A program made the position numbers and the translations under genes. Under the pieces are notes generated by a model. The model saw only the letters and a program-made list of their open reading frames with translations, ran no database searches and was not told the DNA's origin. A DNA stretch of 64,000 bases, from positions 930,001 through 994,000 of the forward strand of contig JAQGDQ010002368.1 of NCBI GenBank assembly GCA_030141605.1. The letters run 5' to 3'. Positions within the stretch are counted from its first letter, which is position 1; each line of letters begins with the position of its first letter. The stretch comes from Tubiluchus corallicola. Taxonomy: Eukaryota > Animalia > Priapulida. Below are positions 1 through 13,008 of the stretch, piece after piece.

Positions 1-3000
1 ATTAGACCATCTTCGGATTTGCTTGGATACTTGAGAAATAAAGCCAACTGCGTTGTGCCCAAAACTGTACCCAAAAAGTTTGGAACCTTCAACAGTATAG
101 AAAAATATGCTATATGTGCCCACCTATATAGAGTTTGACAAACAATTGTAAAAATAATAAAAAAACAGCAACTGTTTAACGTGTTTACAAAGACTACCCT
201 AAAAGCATGTTATAATAATATTTGTTTATGACTAGGACGACTACGATTCTAATTACGGTTTTAAAAAGGCAGAAACCATAACTTTCAGTAAGAGCTCTTT
301 GACTCAATTTACTTTAAACGTAGTTTTATTGTAATATGACAGAGATTACCCTGTGGCTTGCACAAAGCAGTTTTACAATTGATAAAGCTGCTTGCCAATG
401 GAACGTAACACTCAGAAGAGTGCAAACAATAACTGAACAGTCTGCTAGCTATGTAAACTAATACAATGGTTAGAAGTGCTTAGTAAGAAATATAAATTTC
501 TGTACAAGTTTAAATACTTGCATATTAGTAGTTATATTTAAGTGTTGATTACCACGAAAAAGCAGATAAACGTGTTCATTTGTTGGCTGCATATGAATTT
601 TAATATTGTATGGAATTAACTAAGTACACAGTTTGTTTAGTAAGATATCTCGAGCCTGGCGATATAAAGGGCAGCCAGTTAGAAAACAACTAATGGTTTC
701 AAAAGAGGCACCACATCTACATGTAGGTAAAACAAGGGTTCCATCATTGGCTCAGGTCAAAGCTTACTTGAGAATAGTCAACCAGTATTCGCGTATGATG
801 AACAGCTAGTTAGAAAACAAATAATGGTTTCAAAAGAGGCACCACATCTACATGTAGGTAAAACAAGGGTTCCATCATTGGCTCAGGTCAAAGCTTACTT
901 GAGAATAGTCAACCAGTATTCGCGTATGATGAACAGCTAGTTTATGGTCACCACAAAAGTAATAATTGAGGCGTCTGTTGAAACTCAAGTGTTTTTTAAT
1001 GTAATTTAAAATACGATAAAGACGCACTATTACAAATATAGAGAGGAAGAATATTCCATGAATTTACAACAGAAACAAAAAACAAATTAGCAAACGAAGA
1101 CAAATGATGATTAAAGTTTCTAAAATCATCGCCATTGCGTACTGGATATGGTGTGACATAATTGACTTTTGGTGGCAATATATCACACAAATATCATGGA
1201 ACTAACCGATTGATAAGTTTGTACAGAAACATAAACTGCATGGATTAGGTTAAGACTTGCTACACAGATTGACTTTACTGGATCCAAACATTCTGTCAGC
1301 ACAAGTATGAGACGCATTTAACTGAATATTTTCAAGGAGAGCCATAAGGCCACTACTACAACAATTTGTCTAAATTTCTGACGTGGACTACAACAAAATA
1401 AGCAAAAGCAAGAAAGACCCATATATAAACTTTTATGAAAATACATTCTGATTGTGAAGTTTCAGAAAGTATAAATGTAACACCAAATACAAGTCACAGT
1501 CCAAATACCAAAAATAGCAGACTGCCATTAAAATACAATTTACCAAAATGATTTTTCCTCAAGACTGCATTTAAATGTTTAGACTCTGTTTACTTTATCA
1601 AGATGAAAAACATGACCACTGGCAAAATGTCAATTAGATATTACAACTTTCTTTGTATATGCGTAAAAGTACAGGCATACAAACCATGCTCGACCCTCTC
1701 TTTTAAGTTGAGTCGAGTTAATTTTTTTTAAATTTCACGTAAAAACTGATTGTGCCAGAGAAAATTTCTGAAGTTTTTTGTTTGTCCATGCTTACTTGTA
1801 GCACATCATGTGGCAGTTGCCACGTTGCATATCTGCATTTTTACTTTAAATTTGGTACAGATGTAAACATACCTGTACAAAGTAATCCTCTATCAACCAA
1901 CCATATATCCACCATTCTAGAGAAACCAGAAATGTGACAAGTGACAAATAAAATGACATACATTCCGTACTTTTTGAGCGAATAACTTTACCCTGCAAAC
2001 ATAAATCATACAATTAATATTAATTGTCTAAAACCATTGCATGCAAACAATTTGCCCATGAACTCAAAATATAACAATGTATATGTTAGCATAGTATTAG
2101 AAGTGAGGTGCACTGCCTAAAAGCATGGTGCTGTTACTAGGAAGTAGCAATCATTAGTTAACAATAGAACCAAGGCTGGCCTTGATATTGGTCTTGCTAT
2201 AAACATTCAATTGAGTAGACCCAGCCACTGAATTTTGTATTCTAGCTTGCAGACTTGCAGTGTACAGTACTGCATTCCAACTCTTCTTGATTAATGCATA
2301 GCATTAAGCACACTCAACTACAGGTGCTCTTTGTAAACTAAGAATCCAAAATTCTGAATACAACATGAAAACACAGTTCGATATTTGGTTAAAGGTGAAT
2401 TAGTTCATAAACCAAGCAAAATGCTTTCAAATAGAGCATACACGGAAAATCAACAATTCACAGTTTCACAATGCATGTATAAATGACATGCTACCGAGAG
2501 CAGGAAACTTACTCAATGACAGAGTCTAATAATGGAGCTGATATTGGTTGGACCCTAACCTAGTTCATTGTCAAAAAAGATATTTCTCTGGGACAAAAGA
2601 GAGCACCAGCTAAAGTGCTTAAACATATTTGGAAGGGTAGCTCCTGACCATCCCTCAATAAAAATGTGCAGCAACCATGCAAATTTTCCTACAAGCTGAG
2701 CACTTGCATCAACGCTTTAGTAAACTTGGCAATGCAGTCAATTTTTTGTACATTTATCATAAAAGCCCGCCATGTAACTTTCACAACCTTAGTTACAAAA
2801 TAGCTACAACAACAGTAAATTTAATTTCAATGTAAATTCTGACAAATTTACTGAAAAAGCTTGCAGTGCTTGCTGTCAAAATATGGTATTTGTGATCTGA
2901 CTTGAAATAAGAGTTTAACTCACAGAGTTAAATTTTTATTAAAGTAAAAGCGTTTTCTTCAGCTATGATCTACTCTTATTTATATGATATTTTAATTGCA

Positions 3001-6000
3001 AAGCTTTTTCTTTGACCAAATATTAATTAAAATACCATAAGCACGTCTCATGAATTGAAAATTATATTTTTTTCTCATAAATTTTTGCACTCAATAGTAG
3101 ATTAGTTTGTTAACATGAAAACACAAACACCGATACACTGTTATTACCTGAATGTTGCACATTAGGAGCTGGGCAGACAATTATCAAATTTTTATTGATA
3201 AAAAATAAATCTACCAAGCTACTGCCAACAGATAAATAAGTTCTTAAACTAACTCAGAAAATCAACAATCACAGCTACACAGTTCAACTGCTTAGATTTA
3301 TACTCTTGTTGATACTTACCATAGACACCAAAGGAGATCCAAAAAAAATAACGCCCATCAAACAACAGGCTATTCCAAGCCTATTTAATGCTGTATAGTA
3401 ATCATTCGCAACATACTTCGTATAGATGAGCAAGGGAAAAACAACACCCGCTGCAACTAACAGTTGTTTTTGCATAGCAACCTGCAAAAAAACTTTGGTG
3501 AGCCACATTAATTAAAAAGTAAATACCGGGCCCTTTTTAAATGCCTTAACTAAAGCATAAAATGTTTCACAGCTGAAAATTTGTCGTCCAAACATTTAAT
3601 ATTTTTACATAACATTTTTCAGGGAAATTGGTGATGCAGGTCATAAATGCATTCATGTTACAATGGATAAAACCTCTGAGATGGTACGGAATAAACGATA
3701 CACCTGGCATGCAAAACCAGTACACAAAATTCATTGTCTTGGACAAGTGTATATATAAAGTACTTTGCAGCCACGCAAACCTGTTATAGGTAAACCATCT
3801 TGGCTAAATGTTAGGTACAGTAAGTTCTCGCTTAACAACTCCCCAGTCAGCAGCATTTTGTTTTAAACATTTTGCCACCTTCTCTCATTTAATAATCAAT
3901 TTTTCAGTTTCTCGGCCTTACCTTAAGCACTGAAATTTTATTTGTTAAGGTGCCTCTTTATAAAGAAGCCACTATTTACCCAAATCACTGTGAAGATATT
4001 GCTGCTGTATGGTTACCTAGATATGCCTCGTCTGATAACATTTGGCTATACTATGTGAAAGTGTGGTGTTAATTGCTCCATTCCAAAAAAACAATGTATT
4101 TATAATATTTCTCAGCAAACTGCCATAGCTAGCATAAAATAGAAAAGAAAATTTTTAAATCCACAAAACTGGACATTATATGACCATTTGTTCAATTCTA
4201 TCTCAGATAACTCTAACCACAATTTACAAAAATGCAGACCAATCAAAATGAGCACATAAGTGTAACAATGAGTAGGACAGCCAGGAAAGCCATTAACAAA
4301 AAGTAGAACAATAAAGACAGAGAAACTGTTACTATAATACAGTATTTAGATGACCATTTACAAAGTACAATGATGTGCAGGCAACTGAAAAACTTTTCGG
4401 AAACACCTCTGAGGTAAGTCCAACATGACTTCATCATCTATACTAATATTATTATTGATTGTTAATTTCGATTTGTTGTTCTATAAACTTTCAATACTGG
4501 AATATACCTCTGGAGTATTTTAAGGTATTTCGCATTAAGACAATTTACTTTTAAAACACAGCATTTTCCTGCAATGCGTTAGTGTCCTGAATTGAGAATT
4601 TGCACATCTATCCTTTCCTCTGTTTTCTTGTTTTTTGATCATGTGCAAGAGCAAACACTTGTCTGCTTACAAAATGTCATTATTAATTGTAAGCATCACA
4701 AATTTAAACATTCTAAATTAATGTAACTGACTTACTTTAGCAGGACACATGTAGTAGTAAAATATAGTGTAACATCCTTGCAGAATGGTACCAATCAGAT
4801 TCACTAAAATGATAGTCCAATCTTCTTTCATAATTCCATACTTGAGCCATAACACAGCACTGAAAAAGAAAAAATACATCACGTTATATACATATATTTA
4901 TGGAGACGGAGCCACATTGTTTGTACATGTGTATTTATGTGAGAGAAAGAAAAGAAAGCATTATATATGATTTTTTTCCCACTTACTCTATATTACCAGT
5001 GTTTTTTGAAAAAGGTTTTCAGGTAATGACACCATTTGTTTTGTTTATGCTTGTAACTGAATATTTGATTTACGCCATATTGGATGCATTTATTCTGAGA
5101 GATTTAAAGTAAAAACATATAAAAATTGTCTATTTGTTAAGATCCCAATGTTTCTGTGCGCACAACTACCCTAGTTAATAAAATAAATAAGATAACTTGA
5201 ACTTTTGCTTAAAATTATTAAGGTTGCTAAATATTTACACGGCGTTTACTAAAGGAAATAATTTAGTTTACAGTGTACACCTAATTAGCAAACCTAATAT
5301 ACAGCTGTTTACAAATGAAAAGTTTACTTAGTTTAGTTTAGTCTTGTTTAGTTTGTTTTAGTTTATTATGTTTGCACTGTAACAGATGCGAAAATTTGCA
5401 GATGTATAAATTTCGCTACAGTAGGCCAACTTAAATTGCTGCTGGGCTCTTTGCAGGAATGTGTCAGTTTTATTAAATTATGACAGTAGGCCTTCAGTTA
5501 ATGAAATCATAAAACCTTGAATAATGCTAGTATAGTTATGAGAGCCAGTGCAAGTTTAGTTCCAGAATGAAATGAAGTAGTTAATGAAAAGTACTGCCTA
5601 TTTTTGTGCCTTATTACCCACCCAATATTGTGACAGCAGATGTTAGTATGCATATAGGTTCATGTATAGGTTGATAAATAAGGACAACAATATTATTAAT
5701 AGCATAATGCTTTACTTTCTCGTTAATTCTGTGAAATGAAGCAATAAATTTTTGTCGTCTCTGACTTACGACACGTTGCAAAAATACCACTTTACAAACA
5801 AGGCTTTAAAAGCCAATTTACATAGATTTAGCATGCACTTTTTTCTGCTTTTCAGTACTTTTGCTGAGACATGAATATAAAAAAGCAAATAGTGATTTCT
5901 TTGCCAAGAAGTTAACTATCAAAAAGCATTTATGCAAACTAAAAGTGAAAGTTTTCTGTTTAAAATAACTCTTAAAGAGGAAAATTTATCATTTTTACTA

Positions 6001-6913
6001 TTTTAAGAAGAAATTACCTACAACTATTACTCTGAAATTACATTTTGCTACCATTCATTAATTACCAACTCAATAGCGCTATACAAAATGATACAATGTG
6101 CTTTCGACTGCATAGCTGTGTCTCTAACAGTCTGTGTGCTGTGCAACATTGCCATTTAACTTCGCCTAACTCTATAATCAAATATCGTAGGAAGTTGGCC
6201 TTTCTTACCAAAATGTGCTGAATTTTCAGCACAGTTTACTGATATACAGTACTTTGTTCAGTAAGAAGATCTACATGGAAAAATCGAGCATCCAGGTAGG
6301 CCAGTCCACACAGAATAGGTACTAAACAGATTGGCAGCTTATTGCGATTGCACCAGCCCTCAACAGTTACACAATCAGAAAATTGCGTGGCTTGCTTGGA
6401 AAAACGGTTAATGCACAGTAAGATCATCTAATTACTTACTGAATGATTTAATTATTTTACCAAATTGATCAAAAGTATTGTTTCAGAACATATTCCTTGA
6501 ACTTACCTGAAAAAAATAATGAGGCTGAGCCTTTATATCATAACTGGAAAAACTGGTACAACACAGTAACTAACACTGCATACATCATTCGCTGACTCAA
6601 AATGAAAATACTAAACTTAACATATTTTACCTTGAAGTAGCCGTAATGAATGGAAGAGGAGATATATCACCAGTAGATCCAATTCTCCAGATCTTTTTAC
6701 AAGTTGGTCTAAAAGCAAAAATAAAGGTTTGGTTGACTGCTTTGTTAGCTAACAGCAATAACATTTAATCAGCTACAAAGCATTGCGAAATCTACCTCAT
6801 ATAATACTCTCGTAAATTTTCTTTTATCTAGTAGCTTACATTCCAGTCAGAGCTAGACAAACAGTCGTTATAGTTGCCAGAAAACCAACTGAGTCTGTCA
6901 GTGTGAGAGTCAT
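1..6913 (-). CDS. SLC50A1: Sugar transporter SWEET1 (SLC50A1, MtN3/saliva family), six coding exons, 3' end runs off the window
   Basis: GT-AG exons with consistent phases: 6913-6840 (MTLTLTDSVGFLATITTVCLALTG), 6708-6631 (PTCKKIWRIGSTGDISPLPFITATS), 4859-4736 (AVLWLKYGIMKEDWTIILVNLIGTILQGCYTIFYYYMCPAK), 3481-3320 (VAMQKQLL...FFGSPLVSM), 1992-1873 (GKVIRSKSTECMSFYLSLVTFLVSLEWWIYGWLIEDYFVQ), 86-<1 (VPNFLGTVLGTTQLALFLKYPSK). Both MtN3 repeats are present (ST..ISPLPF / WLKYG / VN..G and SPL / KSTE.M / W..YG / PN.LG). Confidence 0.95.
677..942. repeat. Tandem duplication, 131-bp period, near-identical copies
   Basis: AGTTAGAAAACAA(C/A)TAATGG...GATGAACAGCT at 677-807 and again from 808; lies in the last SWEET1 intron. 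Confidence 0.9.
996..1240 (-). mobile_element. Decayed 3' end of a LINE ORF2 (CR1/L2-like)
   Basis: Translations FMFLYKLINRLV and FFVSVVNSWNILPLYICNSASLSYFKLH match the LYK..NGL / FF.....WN.LP......SL..FK C-terminal signature of non-LTR retrotransposon ORF2. Confidence 0.65.
5326..5370 (-). repeat. Degenerate (TAAAC)n tract preceded by AATAAA on the minus strand; probable LINE 3' tail
   Basis: TTTAGTTTAG...GTTTATTA on the plus strand; same unit as the LINE tail at 45201-45425. Confidence 0.4.
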
Positions 6914-7099
6914 TTCTCCTAGTCCTGTGACTGACAAATATATTCAGTTCTACATTGATTACCTGAAAATGCAAAAACAACTGTATATTAGAAAAGGAGA
7001 CAGCTAGCAGAAGTGTTATTTCCTAGATAGATAAACAAATGCACAAAAACGAAAACGAGTTACTTCAAATATAGGTAAATCAGCTAAAACACTGATTAC

Positions 7100-7270
7100 C
7101 TTCCTCGTAAATGCCAAAACAAATGATGTTTGTCCAAAGGTTCAATTTGTCAGGCAAACAGGTTCAGTGTTATGAAGCAAGCAAATTCGATTCAAACTAT
7201 AACTCGAGGTCTTGCTGAACTCAAGTTCGTGGATAGAAAAAAAAATGACGTGAACGCCGCCCTTTTGAAA
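7100..7270 (-). promoter_or_regulatory. Probable non-coding first exon and promoter of SWEET1
   Basis: Minus-strand donor AAG|GTAATC at 7100/7099 pairs with acceptor TTTTCAG| at 6963/6962 upstream of the ATG. The region is locally CpG-rich, with TGACGT and GCCGCC at about 7246-7261. Confidence 0.5.
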
Positions 7271-7477
7271 TGAAGGCAAATCGAACTCTGTTAGTCTGTA
7301 CAGGTTTCATTCCAATATATTCCTATAAAGTTTCATGATGATCCGTTGTGAATTATTGCAGGCTTAGGCTTTTCTCTAAAATGATGTTATTGCTGCCATC
7401 TAGAATTCAAATTGGCAATTCAAAAATACGACTCTGTCATTTGTTGTTGAATCCATTCTAGTATACACTCATATATG

Positions 7478-7530
7478 CCAATGTACATTGCATGTATTTT
7501 CGCAAATAAAACTGAAATGAATTGAAATTT
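7478..7530 (+). mobile_element. Very short 5'-truncated copy of the 3' end of the 8666-10453 LINE
   Basis: GCCAATGTACATTG(C/T)ATGTATTT..GCAAATAAAAC...(TTGAA) matches about 10399-10453. Confidence 0.7.
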
Positions 7531-7837
7531 ATAATTTACCCACTTTTACAAAGCTACCCAATTGGTCTTTCGCTACCCTTTCTCCTGCACCCCCCCCCCC
7601 TTAACTCTTTCCTTTATGCTTAATTTATCCTTTTTAATCAATAACTAAAAAAATAATACTATCAATTTGTATACAGGTGTAAATGAGGAGATAAATAAAA
7701 ATGTCTATGTCTACCAACTTTTTCATTCATTAAATAAATTGAAATAATAAGAGAACATCTGCTCACATAAATAATCACAAATTCATTAGTTAAGTAGCAA
7801 ACATGTCTTTAACTAACTTTAATTGACATGTTACAGG

Positions 7838-10496
7838 CTGTCGGGAGTGGAGTAGGATACAAGCCAAAGTAGGACAGTTGCCGTACATCTACGTAGGGCT
7901 AGCCTAATTAGCATGCGTCGTATGTGGCTGCACAAGTAGAACACTAGAGACAGTCACTTATTGAGTCCTTAAACCATAGTGGCAACGTCCGTTGTCCTTG
8001 TTTATTTAATAATAATAATTGAAAATGTCAACACATCATACAATTCATTATACATCTGCTGAAATAAAAGAATCTTATTCTGAGCTAGTCTAACGAGCAA
8101 TATTAAATTTGTCTTTGGGATTAATCTTTTTGAAGTGAAAATAAGCCCGTTTTTAGGCGATTCCAACATTTTTTATTTTGTCTCACTACGTGAACAATAT
8201 ATATGTTTTTGATGTTGCAAACTGGCACTTTTAATTGATGTCAGGCTGCTTGCCGATTTGGTGAAGACGATCAAGTGTATATCCACTGTATGATGCCAAA
8301 CTGACGGAAACTAACTCAACAAGCCCAATTTTTAATAAAATGAAGAAACTTTCACAGAGTCTTTAAAAATTTGACAAAATACTTGTTGACATATCCATAT
8401 CCAATGTTAAGGCTAGAAGTAGATTCATGGATCATCTGTAATGCCTGTTCTCTACTGGTATTAGTGTTGTATGGTACAAGAATTTTTTTCTGATTCCACT
8501 CATATTTTGTTTGAATTCATTTATTGATTTAGATGCTATAGTTTTGCTGCTTAGACCATTCCAACTGTTTACTACTCGGTTGCTAAAGTCAAAAGAGTGA
8601 AAGAAATTGCTAGTGCTCTACATGGGATGCCCATGCACGACACTAGTTTTCCACAAATTTAGCGCATGTGCTCTAACAGATCTAGAGAGGGCCTCCAAAA
8701 ATGTATTGATGAACTTTCACAGTATGCCACACAAAACCACCTAAAAATCAACTACAAAAAAGCGAAAATAGTGGCATTTGGAAAAAGGCTGCCATTATAT
8801 ACCACCTTCCAGATGAAAGCAGAAACACTAAAGAATGAAAAACATATTAAATATCTCACCAATACAGGAATACACAACAAACATGTAGAAACAGTGAGAA
8901 ACCACAGCATTGGAACTCTTTTTAAAGTAAAAGCTCTAATATTTAATAGTAATTTCCCATTGAGTTTACTAATTTTCTTATTTAAGACATTAATAGTCCC
9001 TTTTGCAATATACGGTTGCGAAATTTTGACAAATGCTTACGTAGAAAAACTAAATAAAATTAACAGCAATGACACTGAGAAACTTCTACAAATATGGAAT
9101 CAATTCCCATTCGACAATGTCCAAAATAAAGTTCACAAAATGGGTAATAGGAGTAAAGACAACAGCATGTAATATTGCCTACAAGGCTGAACTGGCTTTA
9201 TATCCTCTCCTCATCGCAGCAGCAAAAAGATCATACAAATTTGGCTTGACTGCTGCCCACAAACCTAGAAAGGCTATATTTAACACCATCTTCCCGTCTC
9301 TGAATCATACAGCTCTATTGTCGCCCACATGGCAACCTAACCCAAGCTATGCATCAGAATATGAGAATGAATCAATGACAATAGCACAGAATGTCAAAAA
9401 AACCTGAACAAAATTCTAAAAACGGGATATGAAAATATATTTTTTAGCGAAATTCATAATGGTGATAGGAAAAAGGGAGGCAGTAACAAGCTCAGATTTT
9501 ACAGGGGGTTAAAATACAAAATGGAGCCTTACCTAAACACTATTAGGGACAACAATCATAGACAAGCTATCACTAAACTCTGAGTGAGTGATCATGATTT
9601 AGAAATCGAACATGCTTGTTATACCAAAACACCTGAACAAGAACGAATATGCAATTATTGCACAACCTCCTGACCTAAAAAACATGAAATAGAAGATGAA
9701 ATACACTTTATTTATGACTGCTCACTTTTTCTTGAAAATAAAACAAATTATGAAATTAAACTTCACAGTCTAAATTTTTCTCTAGATGTGGCTGTTTAAC
9801 AGCAATGTTCAAAAGGATATAATTCCTTTTGGAGAATATATATTTAAAAACTTCTAAATAAGAAAAACAAAAAGCTAACACTGGCTACACCTTGTTGAAC
9901 CTTCTCAATGGAAACTCAACTACTCAAGAGTTGAGACTTTTTAATATCTAGTTATAATTTTGTATTGCATAATGTATAGCTGCTAATTGTTTTTAATAAT
10001 GTTTTGTTTGTTTTTTGTAGGCTTCGCTCTTAGTACAGTTTCTTTGTTTTTCATAGGTTTTCTGGTTACAGTCGATACATCTATAACATCAATGCAAGAA
10101 ACTTTTGGCAACAACTCCAGTTCCTAGGGAAGAAGAAATCAGCAGTTTGGCAGCAGACTCTAACCAAATTATTTTCAACTCTATGTTATTTTTTATAATC
10201 TTTCATTTAAAAAGCTGGTACAAATACCTACTATTTTTAAGTCATTTTTCTTTTTTCATTGCTAAATTATACAATTTTTATATAACTGTGACTTTAGTAT
10301 CAGTATGCCGTATCCTAACATTTGTCTATGAAAAAAACTTTACACACAGCCTATTATGATTTCTTCGGTTTATGTAGTATTTAACGTGTATTGCTTTTGC
10401 CAATGTACATTGTATGTATTTGTGCAAATAAAACCAGATTAAATTGAATTGAATTAGCGCTATTTGGCCTACTAGTGGCGTACTCCGCGCTCTGCA
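7838..10496. mobile_element. Non-autonomous TIR element (MITE), copy 1, interrupted by a LINE near its right end
   Basis: 7838-8170 aligns by eye with 10920-11220, 8600-8665 with 11575-11625, and 10461-10496 (CTAGTGGCGTACTCC) with the right terminus of copy 2. Confidence 0.7.
8666..10453 (+). mobile_element. 5'-truncated LINE (tentatively RTE-X-like): RT C-terminal part plus CCHC zinc finger, frameshifted, (TTGAA)n tail
   Basis: GLQKCIDELSQYATQNHLKINYKKAKIV, LFKTLIVPFAIYGCEI, AELALYPL, KLRFY...EPYL...RQAITKL*VSDHDLEIE...ERICNYC...IEDEIHFIYDC. AATAAA followed by TTGAA repeats; 7-bp TSD TTAGCGC at 8659-8665 and 10454-10460. Confidence 0.9.
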
Positions 10497-10680
10497 TGGG
10501 CAACTCCATAATTAACGCGATACGTTGCCCTAATCGGTTTGGTTTGACTATATACTACACCGAAGATCGTTGCCATTGCTAAACTTCAGTGAGCACATGG
10601 TTTCAGATTTAATGGCGAAAAGGGACCGATTAGCCCTGATATTGTATTTCTAGTGCTTGTTGGACTAACTGGTAAGCTAG
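10497..10680 (+). promoter_or_regulatory. Probable promoter and non-coding first exon of the ACL4-like gene
   Basis: CpG-rich stretch with GGGCAAC...GTTGCCC inverted motif, ATGGCG (YY1-like) at about 10612 and donor CTG|GTAAG at 10671/10672. The first coding exon starts after an acceptor at 13002, 6 nt before the ATG, so an upstream exon is expected. Confidence 0.45.
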
Positions 10681-10919
10681 TGTTTGGTTGTTTTTTTCAG
10701 GGGTACGAGATTTCGTTTGGCGATTGCCTGTCCAATGACTACGGAGAGCGAAACTGTCAAATATTTTCGATACATAAACAATATGTGAAAATATTTTTTT
10801 TTAAATTGCATGACCTCCCTCTATCTGCGATGGTGCCACTATATACTTTCTCAGTTCTAATATCCGTCTCTGGATTATGGATAAAGTCTTAAATGTGATA
10901 ATATTTTTTTAAATTGTAT

Positions 10920-11676
10920 GTGTTGGGAGCGGAGTAGGACACTAACCGAAGTAGGAAAATTGGTGTACATGGGCTGCCCAAGTAGGACAATAGAGACAGG
11001 TCGCGAATTGAGTCGTTAACCGTACCGGCAGCGTCCGTTGTATTTATTTATTTAATAATAATAATTGAAAACGTTAATACAAGTTGAATAATTTATTATA
11101 CATCGGACAAAATAAAATAATCTCGTTCTGAGCTAGTAGGTCGGCCAGTATTGAATTTCGCTTTGATATTAATCTTTTTGAAGTGAAATAAGCCCACTTC
11201 TTAGCCGATTCCAACATTTGCTTAAGGTATATCATTTTTTATTTTGTCCTGCTTCACAGACAGGTGATCCAAGTACTTCACTACCTCTAGGACAAGTAAT
11301 TTTTTTATTACTACTTCACTACTAAATAAAAGTTTCATTTTTAAACTTGCAATAATTATTGTTGTAATAACTGTGTGCATAGTTTCTCTCTTTAAAGCAT
11401 TAAATACTTAGTTTAATGTTATGATGAGCTAATAATAATGATGATATTATTGTAAAAAAATACATTTGTAATTGTCAAGGATTATCCATATAGTCACTAT
11501 TTTCTATAAAGTCACTTTTTTCTAAAACAAATTTAGTTTTGTGTTTTATTATGTCATAATTCTCGATTCCCGACAGAAATGCCAGTGCCCTACTTGGCTG
11601 CCCTGTTTTTCCGCAAATTTAGCACATTTATCGGAAGTGTCCTACTTCGGCTAGTGGTGTACTCCATGCCCCACAG
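10920..11676. mobile_element. MITE copy 2 with imperfect terminal inverted repeats, followed by TA
   Basis: Left end GGAGTAGGACACTAACCGAAGTAGGA versus reverse complement of right end GGAGTACACCACTAGCCGAAGTAGGA; homologous to copy 1. Confidence 0.7.
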
Positions 11677-11750
11677 TATGCATTATCATTAAAATTAATT
11701 ATAAATATGATGTATGCATTATCATTAAAATTAATTATAAATATGATGTA
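11676..11750. repeat. 36-bp tandem duplication next to the MITE end
   Basis: GTATGCATTATCATTAAAATTAATTATAAATATGAT x2. Confidence 0.85.
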
Positions 11751-13008
11751 TACAGGGCTGGGCCTAGGAGGTGTGGGCATTGCTGGAAATGATTTGGTGC
11801 ACCCCAGGTTTGCAACTAAGGCCTGCAGAGTCGTAAAAATGTACTATTATAGGTTTTGTATTTCTAAGACAGAATGGAAAGTGCAAAATGCGCATTTAAT
11901 AAAAAGTGCAGTGCATGTTAATGGACAAGCATCTACATTTTTATATAATGCCCGACAAGTAACAAACAAAATGTTTAGATCAAAACTGCATAGGTTGTGG
12001 ACACCTTGTACTCGAGACTTGCATGGTCTGAATGTAGTAGCATACTTGGTATTTTGCCACTGAGATATGAATGTTTGTAAAGATGCAGTACATGTGATGA
12101 ATTTCATCACATGTTACAGTAAAAAAATCTATAGCTTTATAGATATTTAAAAGCCATTGCCATTACATATTATTTGTTTAAATATTTGTCTTAAATATAC
12201 TAGCTAGCTGTTAAATAATCATAGCGACTTTTGCGGATCTGTATGTTCACATTCAATTGATAGCTTATGTTTCTGCACTGTCAGCAGCAAATAGGGAGCT
12301 GTCATTAACCTGTAGGCAGATAACCCTAACTTTTTAAAGATAATTATCAGTATTTGCAAAATTTTGACATATATTAGTTTTCTTACTCAGTTCCAAACTA
12401 TGTAACTTAGGAAAAGCTTGTTTATTTTTTTATTGCTTTATTAAATTTGAAGTCTCATTAATCTTTCTTGGAAATGTAGAATTTTAAAATGGCATGTGAC
12501 CACTTGTCAAATTTGAAAGTCATATTCCAGGAGATACTAGAAGATAGTGGCTAAGAACCTGGGGAGCACTGCAAGCTTCCTTAGCACTTTTTTTAAATTT
12601 GAGGGTATGTTGGAGACACAATTGGACACTTAGGCAATTGTAAGAAATTAGGAAAAACACATGCTTTTTGTGGTTACTTTTTCCAAGACAGCTGCAAAAT
12701 ATTAAGTTTACTTAAGTGAAGGCTTGTTGCCTACTTTAATATTTTTTGCCACTAACAAAATTCATTGTTATGGGGATGCACCATATCAGAGTTATTGTAT
12801 GAAGCCTGATGAACTTTAATAATTGTTTGTATTATGCAGAATATCAAAAATATTGTACTTAATTGTTAAAAATTATGTTCATATTATTTTAGTTATTATG
12901 TTTATACTTGCACTATGTGCACATTTATGAATTTTGTTTGCGTTCTTTGCAAGAATTTTATTTTGTTAGTTTGGGAATACTGTCACTTTTTGTTTGTTTC
13001 AGAAAATC

